Shown here: positions 19,905 to 32,500 of the stretch, in pieces
Numbering within the stretch: the first letter of the stretch is position 1
Layout of the letters: each line of letters starts with the position of its first letter
NCBI GenBank assembly: GCA_964612555.1
Contig: CAZTBW010000005.1
Location: 69,066-133,065, forward strand
Direction: 5' to 3'
Length of the DNA stretch: 64,000 nucleotides
DNA from: an uncultured Bdellovibrionales bacterium
GTDB lineage: Bacteria; Bdellovibrionota_C; UBA2361; SZUA-149; DAOLCO01
Notes under the pieces: generated by a model
The model's database searches: none
The model's input: only the letters and a program-made list of their open reading frames with translations
What the model was told of the DNA's origin: nothing
Position numbers and translations under genes: made by a program

Positions 19905-21739
19905 CAGGAATTGACCTCAAGAACATCAAGAGGATTGGTCAGTATTGCGGTCTCAAGTGGAGAACCATTTTTAATATTCTTTTCATAGTCCTCCCACATT
20001 TTAAAGAAATATTTTTTTCTGCTTATTAACTCAGGGAAGGAACCTACTTCCAGTACCTGGCTGTTTGCCATAACCACAATACGATCAAAAAGAGGAATAA
20101 GATTAAGTCTGTGGCAGGAGGAAACAATCATTCGATCAGAAAAATGATAGAACATACCAAGATAAATTTCTTTTTCAGTTTTAGGGTCAAGACTTGAGGT
20201 AGGCTCATCAAGAAGAATAATCTCACGGTTTTTTGCCCGTATAAGCCCACGTGCAAGAGATAAGCGCTGCCGTTCTCCAACAGAAAGATTTAGACCCTTC
20301 TCCGCAAGACTTGTTTTTATTCCTCTGGGAAGCTTTGCAACCAGAGTATCAAGCTTGCACAGGGATATGAAAAAAGAAATTTCTTTCTGACTGAACTCTT
20401 CCCCCATGGTCAGATTATATTCAAATGTCTCCGAAAACACCTCCGGCTCCTGTGGAAGGAGAAGACACATTTTTGAAATATCATAAAACGTAAGATTATC
20501 CTGAAGATCGGTGGATATTGATACAGTGTCCGGCTCAATAAGCCTCCCAAATGCCTTTAGCAGCGTAGATTTACCACTTCCACTGGGACCTACTACCGCT
20601 ATTTTCTCGCCTTTACAAAAATCAAGCGCTACCTCATTTAAACCAACTTTTTCTCCTTCAACATAAGTGAAATTAAGATCTCTTATGTTCATCATCTGCC
20701 ATTCAGGGAGCACGCTGCTTGGTGCTCTTGAGGGAAGTGCATCTTCTGCTTCTTCAAAAATCCTTACCGCATCTTCATATGCGGTAGAAGCTTCGATCAT
20801 ACCGCTATAATATCCGGTAAATGAACCAATCGCCTGAAAAATACGATCAAGATAGTTCAGAAGCACATACACCTGTGCCACATCAAAGGCACCTCCTGTC
20901 TGCCCGTAATTTATAAAATAAATCACCAGGGAAAGGCTGATCACCAGAGCATATCCGACCCCGGTAGTACCCCATTTCAGCTCCATAAACGCAGCGATTG
21001 CCTGAGACAGCACCCTCCCCTCTTCCTTCTGGGAATAAAGCCTGCTTTTTGCGGGAGCTTCAAGATGAAGTGTTTTTACGGTAACAATATTACTTAATGA
21101 ATCAACACATATTCTGTTCAATTTGTCATTGAACATATTGTTTCTTCTGATTCTTGCGGTAAGTTTTTTATTGAAAAGAATCATGGCAAGAATAGTAAGC
21201 GTAGACATCGTAAGAACACTTACCGCTACCCAAAAATCAAGCGCGAATATTGCAACTCCGGCAAAAATAACTTTAACCAGACCTTCTATAATTTGCCACA
21301 CATAGGTACCCACCATACTCTCAATCGCACCCGCAGAACGATGAAGCCTGCTCAGGTTCTCTCCCGAGTGATGCCTTACGTGCCAGGACAGAGGAAAATC
21401 TACCAGGGTGTTAAACACCTTTGACATGATGTTTATTCTACCTACATACGCCACCCGGTTCTGCACCCAACGTGCCAAATGATGGAATAACGTATGACCA
21501 AACCTCAGGAGGGCAAACAACCCGATACCAATAAGTCCCTTATGGAGCGCCTCCTCTGTTGCCCCCATAGTGACAAAAACCCCAAGAATATATCCAACCG
21601 CCCAGGGAACCATCAGGTCTATGGAGTAAGCAAGTATGAATAGAACAATAAAGAGGTAAAAACGAGGTCTCTCCTCTGCAATAGCTTCCCAGGAAGCTTT
21701 AATGAGGGGTGCAAATGATCTCTTCTTTCTTCGCTGCAT
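19904..21739 (-). CDS. type-I ABC exporter with fused permease and ATPase (MsbA/NdvA-ChvA-like). Candidate glucan or lipid exporter.
   Basis: Six-helix TMD followed by an NBD with Walker A GPSGSGKST, signature LSVGERQRLSLARGL and Walker B ILLDEPTSSLD. Confidence 0.8.
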   Translation of the reverse strand: MQRRKKRSFAPLIKASWEAIAEERPRFYLFIVLFILAYSIDLMVPWAVGYILGVFVTMGATEEALHKGLIGIGLFALLRFGHTLFHHLARWVQNRVAYVGRINIMSKVFNTLVDFPLSWHVRHHSGENLSRLHRSAGAIESMVGTYVWQIIEGLVKVIFAGVAIFALDFWVAVSVLTMSTLTILAMILFNKKLTARIRRNNMFNDKLNRICVDSLSNIVTVKTLHLEAPAKSRLYSQKEEGRVLSQAIAAFMELKWGTTGVGYALVISLSLVIYFINYGQTGGAFDVAQVYVLLNYLDRIFQAIGSFTGYYSGMIEASTAYEDAVRIFEEAEDALPSRAPSSVLPEWQMMNIRDLNFTYVEGEKVGLNEVALDFCKGEKIAVVGPSGSGKSTLLKAFGRLIEPDTVSISTDLQDNLTFYDISKMCLLLPQEPEVFSETFEYNLTMGEEFSQKEISFFISLCKLDTLVAKLPRGIKTSLAEKGLNLSVGERQRLSLARGLIRAKNREIILLDEPTSSLDPKTEKEIYLGMFYHFSDRMIVSSCHRLNLIPLFDRIVVMANSQVLEVGSFPELISRKKYFFKMWEDYEKNIKNGSPLETAILTNPLDVLEVNS

Positions 21740-21974
21740 AAAACAAATCCCCTGAACTCTGGCATGGTTTGGGGAAAGTCCTTAAAATTGATAGCTTAAT
21801 TGAATCTAATGGATGGCACTTATATATCTTTATTAATTAAGTGTCAAATTAATGTTTTTTATATGCAACTACCTCTCTTTTCGCTTTAATGAGAAACTTA
21901 TTTCTTTAAATTTACTCTAAATATCAATATGTTAGGAAGGTAAAAAATAAAGCGCGCTCTCTCTCATCACTGTA

Positions 21975-23651
21975 ATGCAAAAATCCTACTCTCTGACATT
22001 CAAAAGACTCTGGAAATTGATCCGCGGCATCTTTCAGTCCGACCTGAAGTGGTATGCCTATGGGCTGGTAGCACTTCTCATACTGTTTGCCCTGACGATT
22101 GCCGGCATCAACGTAATGATAAGCTATATTAATCGTGATCTCTTTAACGCACTTGCGCTGAAAGATCAGACCAAGTTTTTTGAAAAACTGTTTCTTCTTC
22201 TTGGAAGTTTTCTTCTCGCTACTCCTGTAACCGTTCTATATGCTTACACGGAACAACGCTTTGGACTCATGTGGAGAAAATGGCTCAGCAGAGAAATCCT
22301 CCAAAAGTATTTTAAGGAGTCAGCATTTTACAGAATCAGCTGGCATGAGGGCATTGATAATCCTGATCAGAGAATTGAAGAAGATATTCGAACCCTCACT
22401 ACGGGGCTTATCAGCCTCTTCATCATTATTGTAAACTCGATGCTTACCCTGATCATGTTTGTAAGCATATTATGGTCTATCACACCAAACCTCTTGTTTG
22501 CAGTAGTAGTGTATGCCTTCGTGGGCTCAATACTTACCTTTATCATTGGCAGAAAGTTAATTTCTCTCAACTTTACCCAGCTCAAAAAAGAAGCGGACTA
22601 CAGGTACAAACTGGTTAATATTCGTGACAACGCAGAACCGATCGCATTTTATCAGGGTGCTAAAAAAGAATATATCCGCGCACGACAGCGTCTTAAAGAA
22701 TCACTTAATAATTTCCTTAAAATTATCAATCTGAACCTGCAATTAGGTTTATTTGTTAATATTTATAATTACCTTAAACCGGTACTGCCTATTATAATAG
22801 TTACCCCATTATACATGCGGGGAGAAATTGAATTCGGACAGATTACTCAGTCCGCAGATGCCTTTGTCCGCGTCGTTGAAGCCCTTTCTGTTATCATTCA
22901 ACACTTTGGAACGATAAGCACCATGGCTGCCGTAGTGACTCGTCTCGGCACCTTCACTGAAACTCTCGAAGCTGCGGCAGAAGAAACCCATTGCCATTTT
23001 CCAAGGATTCACACCAGACACGCTCCCTATATTGAGATCAAAAATCTGACCATGACAACCCCTAATGGTGAACAGACACTCATCAAAGACCTTTCAATAG
23101 CACACAGGGAAGGTGGACTTCTCATTTCCGGAGCAAGTGGTCTCGGAAAAACTTCACTTCTTCGTGTCATTGGTGGGCTCTGGATATTTGGAGAAGGAGA
23201 GATTACAAGACCCGAAGATAAGGATTGCATGTTCATCCCTCAGCGACCCTACCTGACACTTGGCTCTCTTCGCAATCAATTACTATACTCTAACCCTTCT
23301 ACCGCATATACAAATGAAGAACTCAGAGAAGTACTCGTTAAAGCGGGATTACACAACCTGCTTAGAAGAATCAAAAGTTTCGACAAAACCTATGAGTGGT
23401 CAAACCTTCTTTCTGCCGGAGAACAGCAACAACTTGCATTTGCACGATTGTTATTAAGAAAACCCAGATTCGTTTTCCTTGATGAAGCAACCACCTCCGT
23501 TGATGCCACCACTCAAAATAAATTATATGAGCTCGTGATGGAACACTGCACCGCCTGGGTGAGCGTTGGATATAAGAGCAGCATTGGTTCATATCACCAC
23601 ACGCTGCTTGAATTCAGTATTGATGGCACCTTTACCTGTCACACGTTATGA
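21975..23651 (+). CDS. ABCD-family (YddA/SbmA-BacA-like) ABC transporter with fused permease and ATPase
   Basis: TMD with the ABCD 'EAA-like' motif (NIRDNAEPIAFYQG). NBD with GASGLGKTS, signature LSAGEQQQLAFARLL and Walker B VFLDEATTSVD. About 558 aa, like E. coli YddA. Confidence 0.8.
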   Translation: MQKSYSLTFKRLWKLIRGIFQSDLKWYAYGLVALLILFALTIAGINVMISYINRDLFNALALKDQTKFFEKLFLLLGSFLLATPVTVLYAYTEQRFGLMWRKWLSREILQKYFKESAFYRISWHEGIDNPDQRIEEDIRTLTTGLISLFIIIVNSMLTLIMFVSILWSITPNLLFAVVVYAFVGSILTFIIGRKLISLNFTQLKKEADYRYKLVNIRDNAEPIAFYQGAKKEYIRARQRLKESLNNFLKIINLNLQLGLFVNIYNYLKPVLPIIIVTPLYMRGEIEFGQITQSADAFVRVVEALSVIIQHFGTISTMAAVVTRLGTFTETLEAAAEETHCHFPRIHTRHAPYIEIKNLTMTTPNGEQTLIKDLSIAHREGGLLISGASGLGKTSLLRVIGGLWIFGEGEITRPEDKDCMFIPQRPYLTLGSLRNQLLYSNPSTAYTNEELREVLVKAGLHNLLRRIKSFDKTYEWSNLLSAGEQQQLAFARLLLRKPRFVFLDEATTSVDATTQNKLYELVMEHCTAWVSVGYKSSIGSYHHTLLEFSIDGTFTCHTL

Positions 23652-26566
23652 ACAGAATACTCTTCTTACTGATAAGCATATTCACCGTTCAGGGTAGTAC
23701 CGTTCTTAACGCCGGAGCGGAAACTCAGAACGAGATAAGATTCTCACCTGAACAACTGGTTGATCTTGCTTTCAAAGACTGCCCGGAACTGCTTCAATAT
23801 CTGAGCACCCCGCACGTACAGGCATCCCAATATGAAAAATTTCAGATAGGAGAAGCCCTGACAAGGATTCTTGAGCTTGAATCTCCAAACATACCTTCGG
23901 GAATGCAGGCTTCAAGCATATTGTACGATACCTACTTTCCCTCTGATATATCACGGGTTCTTGAACCTGATCGTGAAAATGAAGCCAAGCTGTGCACTTT
24001 GCGGGCTCTCACCATGATAGCCCCGCAATCAATTGCATTTACTCCCGTTCTTTTTAAATTGACTTTGAGAAAAACCATCTCCGGAAATATTCGCCTTGAA
24101 GCACTTGATACCGCAGACAAAATCCTCTCAACAGTTTCCTCACCACTTGATGATGAGAGTAGACAAATACTTCTTCGCCAGATTCAGAAACATTCGGGTA
24201 TTTTAAGTGACCCGATCTCCATATCCTTACTCGCATATCTCGCCAGATATCATCTTCAGGATCTCCTGAAATTGATGTCAAAAGACCACAGAATAACGCC
24301 TGTCGCAATGAAAGCAATAGCAGGAACCGACCCTGATGGAACACGCAGCATCCCATTACTGAAAGACAGCAGCACCCTGTGGGACGAAACCGGAATTTCA
24401 TTGATCATAAAACATCTTTCCTTGTTTTCTGCCGAGGCGGCTCCACATATCATCGAATTCATTGGTGAGGTACTTGGAAATTTTTCAGCCGGAAAAAGTA
24501 ATAAAATAAGAAAAGAAATTTTCTCTATTCTGAACATTCTTACGTCCAAACCTTCTACCTTCTCTGACTATTATCTGGAGCACAATTTGGAGGAAGACAT
24601 ACTTAATCAATATCTTTCCCTTCTTCAAACCGAAAACAAAAGCAATAAAATAATAATTTTCAAACTGCTTTCAAAGATACAAATTCCATCTGAATATCAG
24701 ATATGCAGTAACGATGAAGCGGAACTAAGATCTCCTCTGCTTACGGAAGCTCCCGGAAGCGAGTACCTACACTCTCTCTTAACTCATCTCATGTGCCCTC
24801 TTTCTGCTGAAAAAAAGAAAGAGATGCTTACATGGCTGGAAACAGAAGATAATTACGCAAAAACAACTATTGCAATTTCCGCCCTGGGTCATCATACAGC
24901 AATTGACCAACAAGCGGTTTCTGCTCTCAGAAAACTACTTGCAAAACTCGCCAAGGACAAGAAAAACAAAGAGCTGGAACATCTAAGCGCCCTCTCCTTT
25001 TTCTACATATCGCAAAGTGCATTTGATAAACATTTCAATCAACTACTTCCTTTTGCCATCGAACATCTTCAAACATCCGGAGAACTCCCCCCTATTTTCA
25101 GAGAAACCATTACGGACTCAATTCACCCGGGCATGCTATTCTTCCTTGCACACGGAAGACATACCACCGCACAACTTGGAGAACTACTTGATCATAAAAG
25201 TGCTCTCGTGAGACTTCGCGCTGCAAGTATTCTATCTTCCCCCGAGATTCCATACACTCCGTCTCACACTGCCTATTTCATAAAACTGCTTGATGACCCC
25301 GAAATCGAATTACAGAACATTGCGTTTGAGACGCTCAAAAAACAGGTAAAAGAAGCTGATTTAAAACTCTTTGTCAAAAATCTTAAAAATGAAAATTCTC
25401 TTAAAAAGTTTTATAGTACCAATATTATTTTTGACAGATTTATACACGACACCGAGTCAGATTTGACAAAAAAGCTCGACTCTCAGTTCTCCGTAAAAGA
25501 AATTTTCCAGCAATATGCTTCAGTCCTTCCTGAAATACCCTGTTCCATAAAAGCGAAACAAATTCCCGATGCCGTCTTTAGCAAAATATCAGATCAAACA
25601 TTTGCGCTTCAGTCTGAAATTGTAAAATCTCATCTTACCTGTGCTGCGTTTTCCACAGACCACTTCGAGCAAGTGGCACGCCTGCTTACCCATATTAAAA
25701 AGAAATCACCACACGTAATTGAACTTTTCTTCAAACAAGTCAAAAAAAGAAAATATTATTTAGCCAACACTACATTGTTTGATCTCACTGCTGACATACT
25801 CACCGGAACTTCCGAAATATCGCATGAGTTTATAGAGTTTCTGCTTCACCACACTAAAAATGCAGAAAGTATATATCTCTATCAATGGCTGCAAAAAAAC
25901 AGGCGCTACACCAACGACAACAAAGAGGTGATTGAAAAACTTTTAAAAAACACATACCCAAACAAATCAACAAATGAACTGAATAAATTATTTTTAAAGC
26001 TGTTTCTCGGTGATTCCAATCCTGAATCCTGGTATCCTGATCTGAAAAAACAAAAACTGAACGAGGATTCGCTTCGTGATTTTCTTAAACTGATTCCTGA
26101 ATCCGAACTACGTTCTTTGATCACCTCTCTGGGAAACCATGAAAGACCAGATCATTACTACATATCCTTTAAATCACATGTCTGCACCCTCGCTCCCTTT
26201 GAAGATAATTGCAAAGTCCTTTTTAACGAGATGAAATCTGTACTTTTAGATCACCCATCAATGTTACTTTCTGCTTTACTTTTTCAAGCCGATCGGTATC
26301 TTGACTATGAAACTTGCGATGCAGAACATCAGTTGAATCTCATTTCGTGTGAGGAAAGAAGAGAAGCAATCCTTGGTGAAGCCGTATTATTACTTGAAAA
26401 ATTATTACTAAGTGGTAGCTGGCTCCAGAGTACTCCGAACCAGGACACTAAAAAATTATCTGTTTTACTTGATATACTTACGGCATCTGATGCCCCATAT
26501 CACTTACAGGTTTTATCAAAACTGTTTCGCATAAAATTGCTTGACGATAGTACTATTAATTTGTAA
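23648..26566 (+). CDS. signal-peptide-bearing 972-aa alpha-helical repeat protein of unknown function, probably periplasmic
   Basis: N-terminal signal peptide (MNRILFLLISIFTVQGSTVLNAGA). Leucine-rich helical repeats throughout (HEAT/ARM-like by composition). Its start overlaps the ABC transporter stop (ATGA) and it ends 15 nt before cgs. Confidence 0.6.
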   Translation: MNRILFLLISIFTVQGSTVLNAGAETQNEIRFSPEQLVDLAFKDCPELLQYLSTPHVQASQYEKFQIGEALTRILELESPNIPSGMQASSILYDTYFPSDISRVLEPDRENEAKLCTLRALTMIAPQSIAFTPVLFKLTLRKTISGNIRLEALDTADKILSTVSSPLDDESRQILLRQIQKHSGILSDPISISLLAYLARYHLQDLLKLMSKDHRITPVAMKAIAGTDPDGTRSIPLLKDSSTLWDETGISLIIKHLSLFSAEAAPHIIEFIGEVLGNFSAGKSNKIRKEIFSILNILTSKPSTFSDYYLEHNLEEDILNQYLSLLQTENKSNKIIIFKLLSKIQIPSEYQICSNDEAELRSPLLTEAPGSEYLHSLLTHLMCPLSAEKKKEMLTWLETEDNYAKTTIAISALGHHTAIDQQAVSALRKLLAKLAKDKKNKELEHLSALSFFYISQSAFDKHFNQLLPFAIEHLQTSGELPPIFRETITDSIHPGMLFFLAHGRHTTAQLGELLDHKSALVRLRAASILSSPEIPYTPSHTAYFIKLLDDPEIELQNIAFETLKKQVKEADLKLFVKNLKNENSLKKFYSTNIIFDRFIHDTESDLTKKLDSQFSVKEIFQQYASVLPEIPCSIKAKQIPDAVFSKISDQTFALQSEIVKSHLTCAAFSTDHFEQVARLLTHIKKKSPHVIELFFKQVKKRKYYLANTTLFDLTADILTGTSEISHEFIEFLLHHTKNAESIYLYQWLQKNRRYTNDNKEVIEKLLKNTYPNKSTNELNKLFLKLFLGDSNPESWYPDLKKQKLNEDSLRDFLKLIPESELRSLITSLGNHERPDHYYISFKSHVCTLAPFEDNCKVLFNEMKSVLLDHPSMLLSALLFQADRYLDYETCDAEHQLNLISCEERREAILGEAVLLLEKLLLSGSWLQSTPNQDTKKLSVLLDILTASDAPYHLQVLSKLFRIKLLDDSTINL

Positions 26567-26581
26567 ATCAAACGGAAACGT

Positions 26582-29500
26582 ATGCCACAAAGTTTTTTAA
26601 AAAAATTAAGCTCTTCACGACACCCTAACGAGGGGAAACCATTCCGATCTGAGATTCTCTCAAAAGAACTTTTGGGTCTTCATGCTGTCGATATCGCAAA
26701 AGCATCTCCTTTAGCTACAAAATACATAAAAGCAATTCCCCTGAAAAACAAATTCAGGGAAAACTGCAAATCATTAAACTCAGTCTACTTTTCACTTTCC
26801 GAAATCGCATCGAAAAAAGGTTTCCTTGCTGCCGGTGCAGAGTGGTTACTGGACAATTACCATGTAATTGATGAGCAGGTTCGTGAAATCAGGAGAGACC
26901 TTCCCGCAAGCTACTACAAAGCCCTTCCTAAAATCGCATCCGGCGAGTGGAAAGGGTATCCGAGGGTATTTAGAATTACCTGTGATTATATTGAACACAG
27001 CGATTCCATGATTCAGTTGGAAACTCTTTCAGAGTATATTTCTTCATTTCAAAAAGAACATGTGCTGAATATTAATGAACTCTGGGCTATCCCCATCATG
27101 CTTCGGCTTGCCCTGGTTGAGAATCTCAGAAGGCTTTCCCAGTCGGTACTCAGGTTTTCACTTGAAAGAGAATATGCCGAAACGATTTTTAACAGGATTG
27201 CACACAAAAAAGACATATCCTCAACTGAGATTCTTAGCCAAATACTCCAAAACGTCTCACCCAAACACGAACAAATAGATATCCTCTTTCCTTTACTGAT
27301 TGCCCGACTGAGAACACTCGGAAGTAGTTCAGCTCTGGGCATTCAATGGCTTGAAGAAAAAGCACGCGAAAAAGAAGTTAACATCCATGAATCCACCAAA
27401 AAACAACAACAACTTCAGGCATCCGATCAGATTTCAATTGGAAATGCCGTTACTTCATTAAAAAACATTGGGCGACTTGACTGGAGAGAATGGGTCGAGT
27501 CTCAGTCTATCGTCAACCAGATTCTATCCAGAGAACCTTCCAATATTTTCAGCTCGTCAGACTTCTACACCAGAGATCTGATCAGACATAAAATTGAAGA
27601 CCTTTCAAGAAAATATAAATGCCCTGAAACTCACATTGCCGAACTTGCACTTTTTCTTGCCAAAAACAATCCGGATACAGAACTTCCGTATAAATCTCAT
27701 GCGGGATATTATCTGATTGATGAAGGAATAGACGAACTTGAAAAAGAAATCAGTTCCGGAAACAATCTTCAAAGGAACATACGTTCTCATTTCAAAAACA
27801 ACTCTTTTCTTTATTATTTACTGACCATACTTATAGCAACGGCGAGTATCAGTTTCTTTTTAACTGATCAACTTACTGACCCGGGCACCTCTGCCGGATA
27901 TCTCTTTTTAATTTTTATTTTACTGTTTATCCCTTCCAGCCAGCTCGCACTTGAGTTCATCCAGTGGATATCATCCAAACTGCTTACTCCGGAGCCTCTA
28001 CCAAAGCTGGACTACGATACGGGGATTCCGGATACTGCGGCAACTCTTGTGGTAATCCAGTCAATTGTTTCAAATAAAGATCACTTACTAAAAACGATTG
28101 ACGATCTTGAGATCCGAGCTATTGGCAACAAAAATGCAAATATTTCATTTGGAATTCTTGCTGATTTATCTGATGCACCCACCAAAGATACTCCGGGTGA
28201 TAGCGACCTTATATCAAGCAGTTTTAAAAAAATCCGGGAACTAAACTCTCAGTATGAATCCGAGGGAATACATTTTTTTATTTTATTCAGGGAACGCAGG
28301 TGGAACGAATCTGAGAAGAAATATATTGGATGGGAGAGGAAAAGGGGTAAGCTTATTGAATTTAATCGACTTCTTCGAGGAGCCGAGGATACTACTTTCA
28401 GCAGCTTTGAAGGGGATCTGAACATCCTTAGAAAAGCTACGTTCGTAATCACACTTGATAACGACACACAGCTTCCGCCCGGTACGGCAAAAAAACTCAT
28501 CGGATGTGCCGATCATCCACTTAACAGCCCGGTTATAAACTCAGAAAAGAGAATAACAAGCAGAGGATATGGAATTATTCAGCCTCGTGTCGGCATCACT
28601 CTTGAAAGCGCCTCTGCTACTCCATTTGCTTCTATTTCTTCAGGACAGTCCGGTCTTGACCCTTACACAAGAACTATCTCGGATATATATCAGGATATAT
28701 TCAGGGAAGCCTCTTTTATCGGAAAAGGTATTTATCACATAGATACTTTCATTCAGGTACTTGATACAAGATTTCCCGAAAACAGCATTCTCAGTCACGA
28801 TCTTCTGGAAAGCGGATACGTGCGATGTGGTCTTGCATCAGACATTGAAGTATTTGATGAATTTCCCAAACGGTATCATGCACACGCAAAGCGTCAACAT
28901 CGCTGGATAAGAGGTGACTGGCAACTGGTTAAATGGCTCTTACGTGTCACTCCCACCCAAACCTCAAAAGAAAAGAACCACCTCTCGCATCTGGTACAAT
29001 GGAAACTATTTGATAACCTGAGAAGAAGCCTTCTTCCTCTTAGCTTACTACTACTAGTGTTCGTAACATCTCTAAATAATTTTTCACTCACTCTTCTTGC
29101 AATTATTTTTCTTCTAAGTGGGTTCAGGACTTATTCACTTGTATATTCCATGCTTTTTAATATCCCGATAGGGTATTCAATATCTACACACTTTCATACA
29201 GTATTCAGGGATATAAAAAGCAGTTTTCTTTCCTGGTGTTTTGAGCTGATTACACTGCCCCATCAGGCATACATATCATCTGATGCCATTATTCGGACGC
29301 TCTACCGTGTATTTATTTCAAAACAAAATCTGCTGGAATGGGAAACCGCATTAAGTTCTGAATTGAGATTAAAAGCAACATTAAGCTCTTTTGTACAGTC
29401 AATGAAAGGTGCCTATGTTATCTTGCTTCCTCTGGCACTCCTTCCTCTTCTGGCTACGAATCTTACCACATGGGCGTATCTGTTAGTTATAGGACTTTGG

Positions 29501-32500
29501 GCGCTTGCTCCACTTCCTGCATGGTTGATCAGCAGAGATTACAGTAATCGAACTTCACTGCTTTCAACTGCGGATAGAAAATATCTTACAAATGTTGCTC
29601 ATGACACCTGGAGGTATTTTCGAAACCATCTCAAGGAAGAGTATCATTATCTCATACCTGATAATATTCAGCTTAACCCTCAACCTGTCGTTGCAGAAAG
29701 AACCTCACCTACCAATATATCGCTTTCTCTTATGGCGCTCACTTCAGCATACGATCTTGGATTCATCCCTTCACCGGTGCTCCTGGAGTCCTCCAACAAA
29801 ATTTTACTCAGTGTTCAACAACTTGAACGCTTTCAGGGACACTTATTAAACTGGTACGCCTTAAGAGATTTACGACCACTACACCCAAGATACGTTTCAT
29901 CGGTAGATAGTGGGAATTTTGTAGGTCATTTAATAGTCCTTAAGGAAACACTTAGAGCACTCCCCTATTCTCCTCTCATACACGAAGCGCACATGAGAAT
30001 ACTGTCTGAGTATCTTGAAAAACCGCTGGATTTAACTCTCAGGTCTGGCAATGAAGTATTTCATATGCTTACCCCTGAGATAGAAAGACATATAGCGGAC
30101 AAAACACACCTTCAAGATGTCGAACAGGAGCTTCTAAATGATTTCTCTTCAGTAGTTCCCTACACTCGCTGGATCAGCAGGCTCTTTATCCTTGAAGAAC
30201 TGGGTCGACTTCATGTACTACCGAAAAAACTTTCCCGCATTCAGGAAATAGTAAAAAACAGACCTCTTACGCCTTTTCTCATAAACAAAATAGTATCAAG
30301 AATCCTGGCTTCCGAAGATAAAATATTTACAGACTCTCTGACTGAAAAACAGCGGGATTCTTTAGTAGCACTATTTAAAGACCTGACTACCGCAAAAGAT
30401 ACCATTTCTATTTTCTTCGATACCATCAAGTCACTTTCTAAAATTATCGAAACCCTGATCGAAGAAACGAACTTCAATTTTCTGTATGACAAGCAGAAAA
30501 AACTGCTTTCTATAGGATATAATATTGAAACCGCTTCCCTTGACAGCGGCTCATATGACTTACTTGCCTCAGAAGCCCGACTTGGCAGTTTTGTGGGAAT
30601 TGCAAAGGGAGACCTACCTCATCTGCATTGGTTTTTCCTGGGGAGAGCGCTCACAGAATCATCCGGTGGTAAAGCGCTCATATCCTGGTCTGGTACCATG
30701 TTTGAATACCTCATGCCGATTCTTGTAATGAGGAACTACCCCTCAACTCTTCTTGGTAAGACCTACCAATCAGTCATAAAAGCTCAACAATCGTACTGTT
30801 TCAGAAGAGGAGTCCCCTGGGGTATTTCCGAATCAGCATATGGAACGGTTGATTTTGAGAACACCTATCAGTATCGGGCGTTCGGAGTACCGGGGCTGGG
30901 ACTTAAACGAGGATTAATTGAAGATCTGGTAATTTCACCTTATTCATCGGCGCTAGCCCTTCAGATTACACCATCAGAGGCAACCAAAAATCTTCATGCA
31001 CTGGAAACTATCGGAGCTCGTGGTGAATATGGTTTCTATGAAGCGATTGATTACACTCCGGAACGACTTACCAGTGAAGAGTCTTTTCACATTATTAAAT
31101 CATTCTTTGCGCATCATCAGGGCATGACGATAACCGCTATTAACAATGCCCTGAATGGTAACATTATTCAGGAACGATTCCACAAAGACCTGAGAGTACA
31201 AGCATGTAACCTCTTACTACAGGAACGCTTTCCAAATCGGATTCCTCTCATACTTCCACATCAGGCTGAACTCCTTCTTATCGAATCCGGTGAACAGGAT
31301 TCAAGGTATGATACTCAGGAACATTTTAAATCACCTCATCAACCGTTTCCAAGAACGCACCTGCTTTCAAACGGAGAATATACGGTCTGCATTGATCACA
31401 GAGGAAACGGTTTCAGCAGCTTGAATAATGAATACCTTGTAAACCGTTTTACACCTCTTGCAAGATATACCAACCAGGGGCAATACATTTTCATCAAAGA
31501 TGAGCTAAAAAACCTGTTCTGGTCTAACACGTATTATCCGTGCAAACATGAACCGGAATCGTACGAAGTCTTATTCGCACCTGACAAGGTAGAGTATCAA
31601 AGACGTGACTTTGACGTTCATACCATGACTGAAATAGTGGTATCTCCTGAAGATAATATCGAGATAAGAAAAGTCGGGCTCACAAATCACTCTTCATCAC
31701 TAAGAAAACTAAGTCTTAGCAGCTATGTCGAGGTAGCCCTTGCTTCTGCAAGAGCAGACGCGGCACATCCGGCGTTCTCAAAACTGTTTCTGGAAACTCA
31801 GTGGGTTCAAGACCCCGAGGTGCTACTTTGCATCAGGAGACCACGTGCGGGTGAAAAAGAGAGTCCTATACTTTTTCATTTTGCGGCTTCTGAAGTAGTT
31901 TGGGAACCAACTCAGTACACCACTGACCGGCTCGAATTTATCGGACGTGGCAATACCCTTTCCACACCACGTGCACTTTATTCCGATACACGTCTTGATA
32001 AAAAAACCGGATATGTACTCGACCCCTGTTTGTGTATTAAACAAATTGTCGAATTAGATGCGGGGGAATCGACCAACATATATTTTATTACGGGGTTTGC
32101 CCAGAGTGTAGAAGAGGCGATGTATCTCTGTAAAAAATATAAAGAGACACAATCTATCAGAAGAGCGGCGGAACTTGCATGGAGCCATGCAAATGTTGAG
32201 CAGAAGAATCAGCAGTTTCTCAAAGCAAGTACGCTTGATTTTCAGCATCTTGGTAATGCTCTTTTGTATCCTCTTGAAGAACTTCGGGATATCTCCATCA
32301 CAAATACCCCGCAATTATCGCAAACCGGTCTCTGGAAAATGGGCATCTCAGGTGATGAACCGATCATATTATATTACATAGATGACACATCCTATATCGC
32401 ACACTTTCAGGAGATGATTTTTGCTCATGAGTTCCTTCGCACACGAGGAATAATTTTCGATCTGGTAGTTTTAAACGATAAATCAGAGGGGTACATACAA

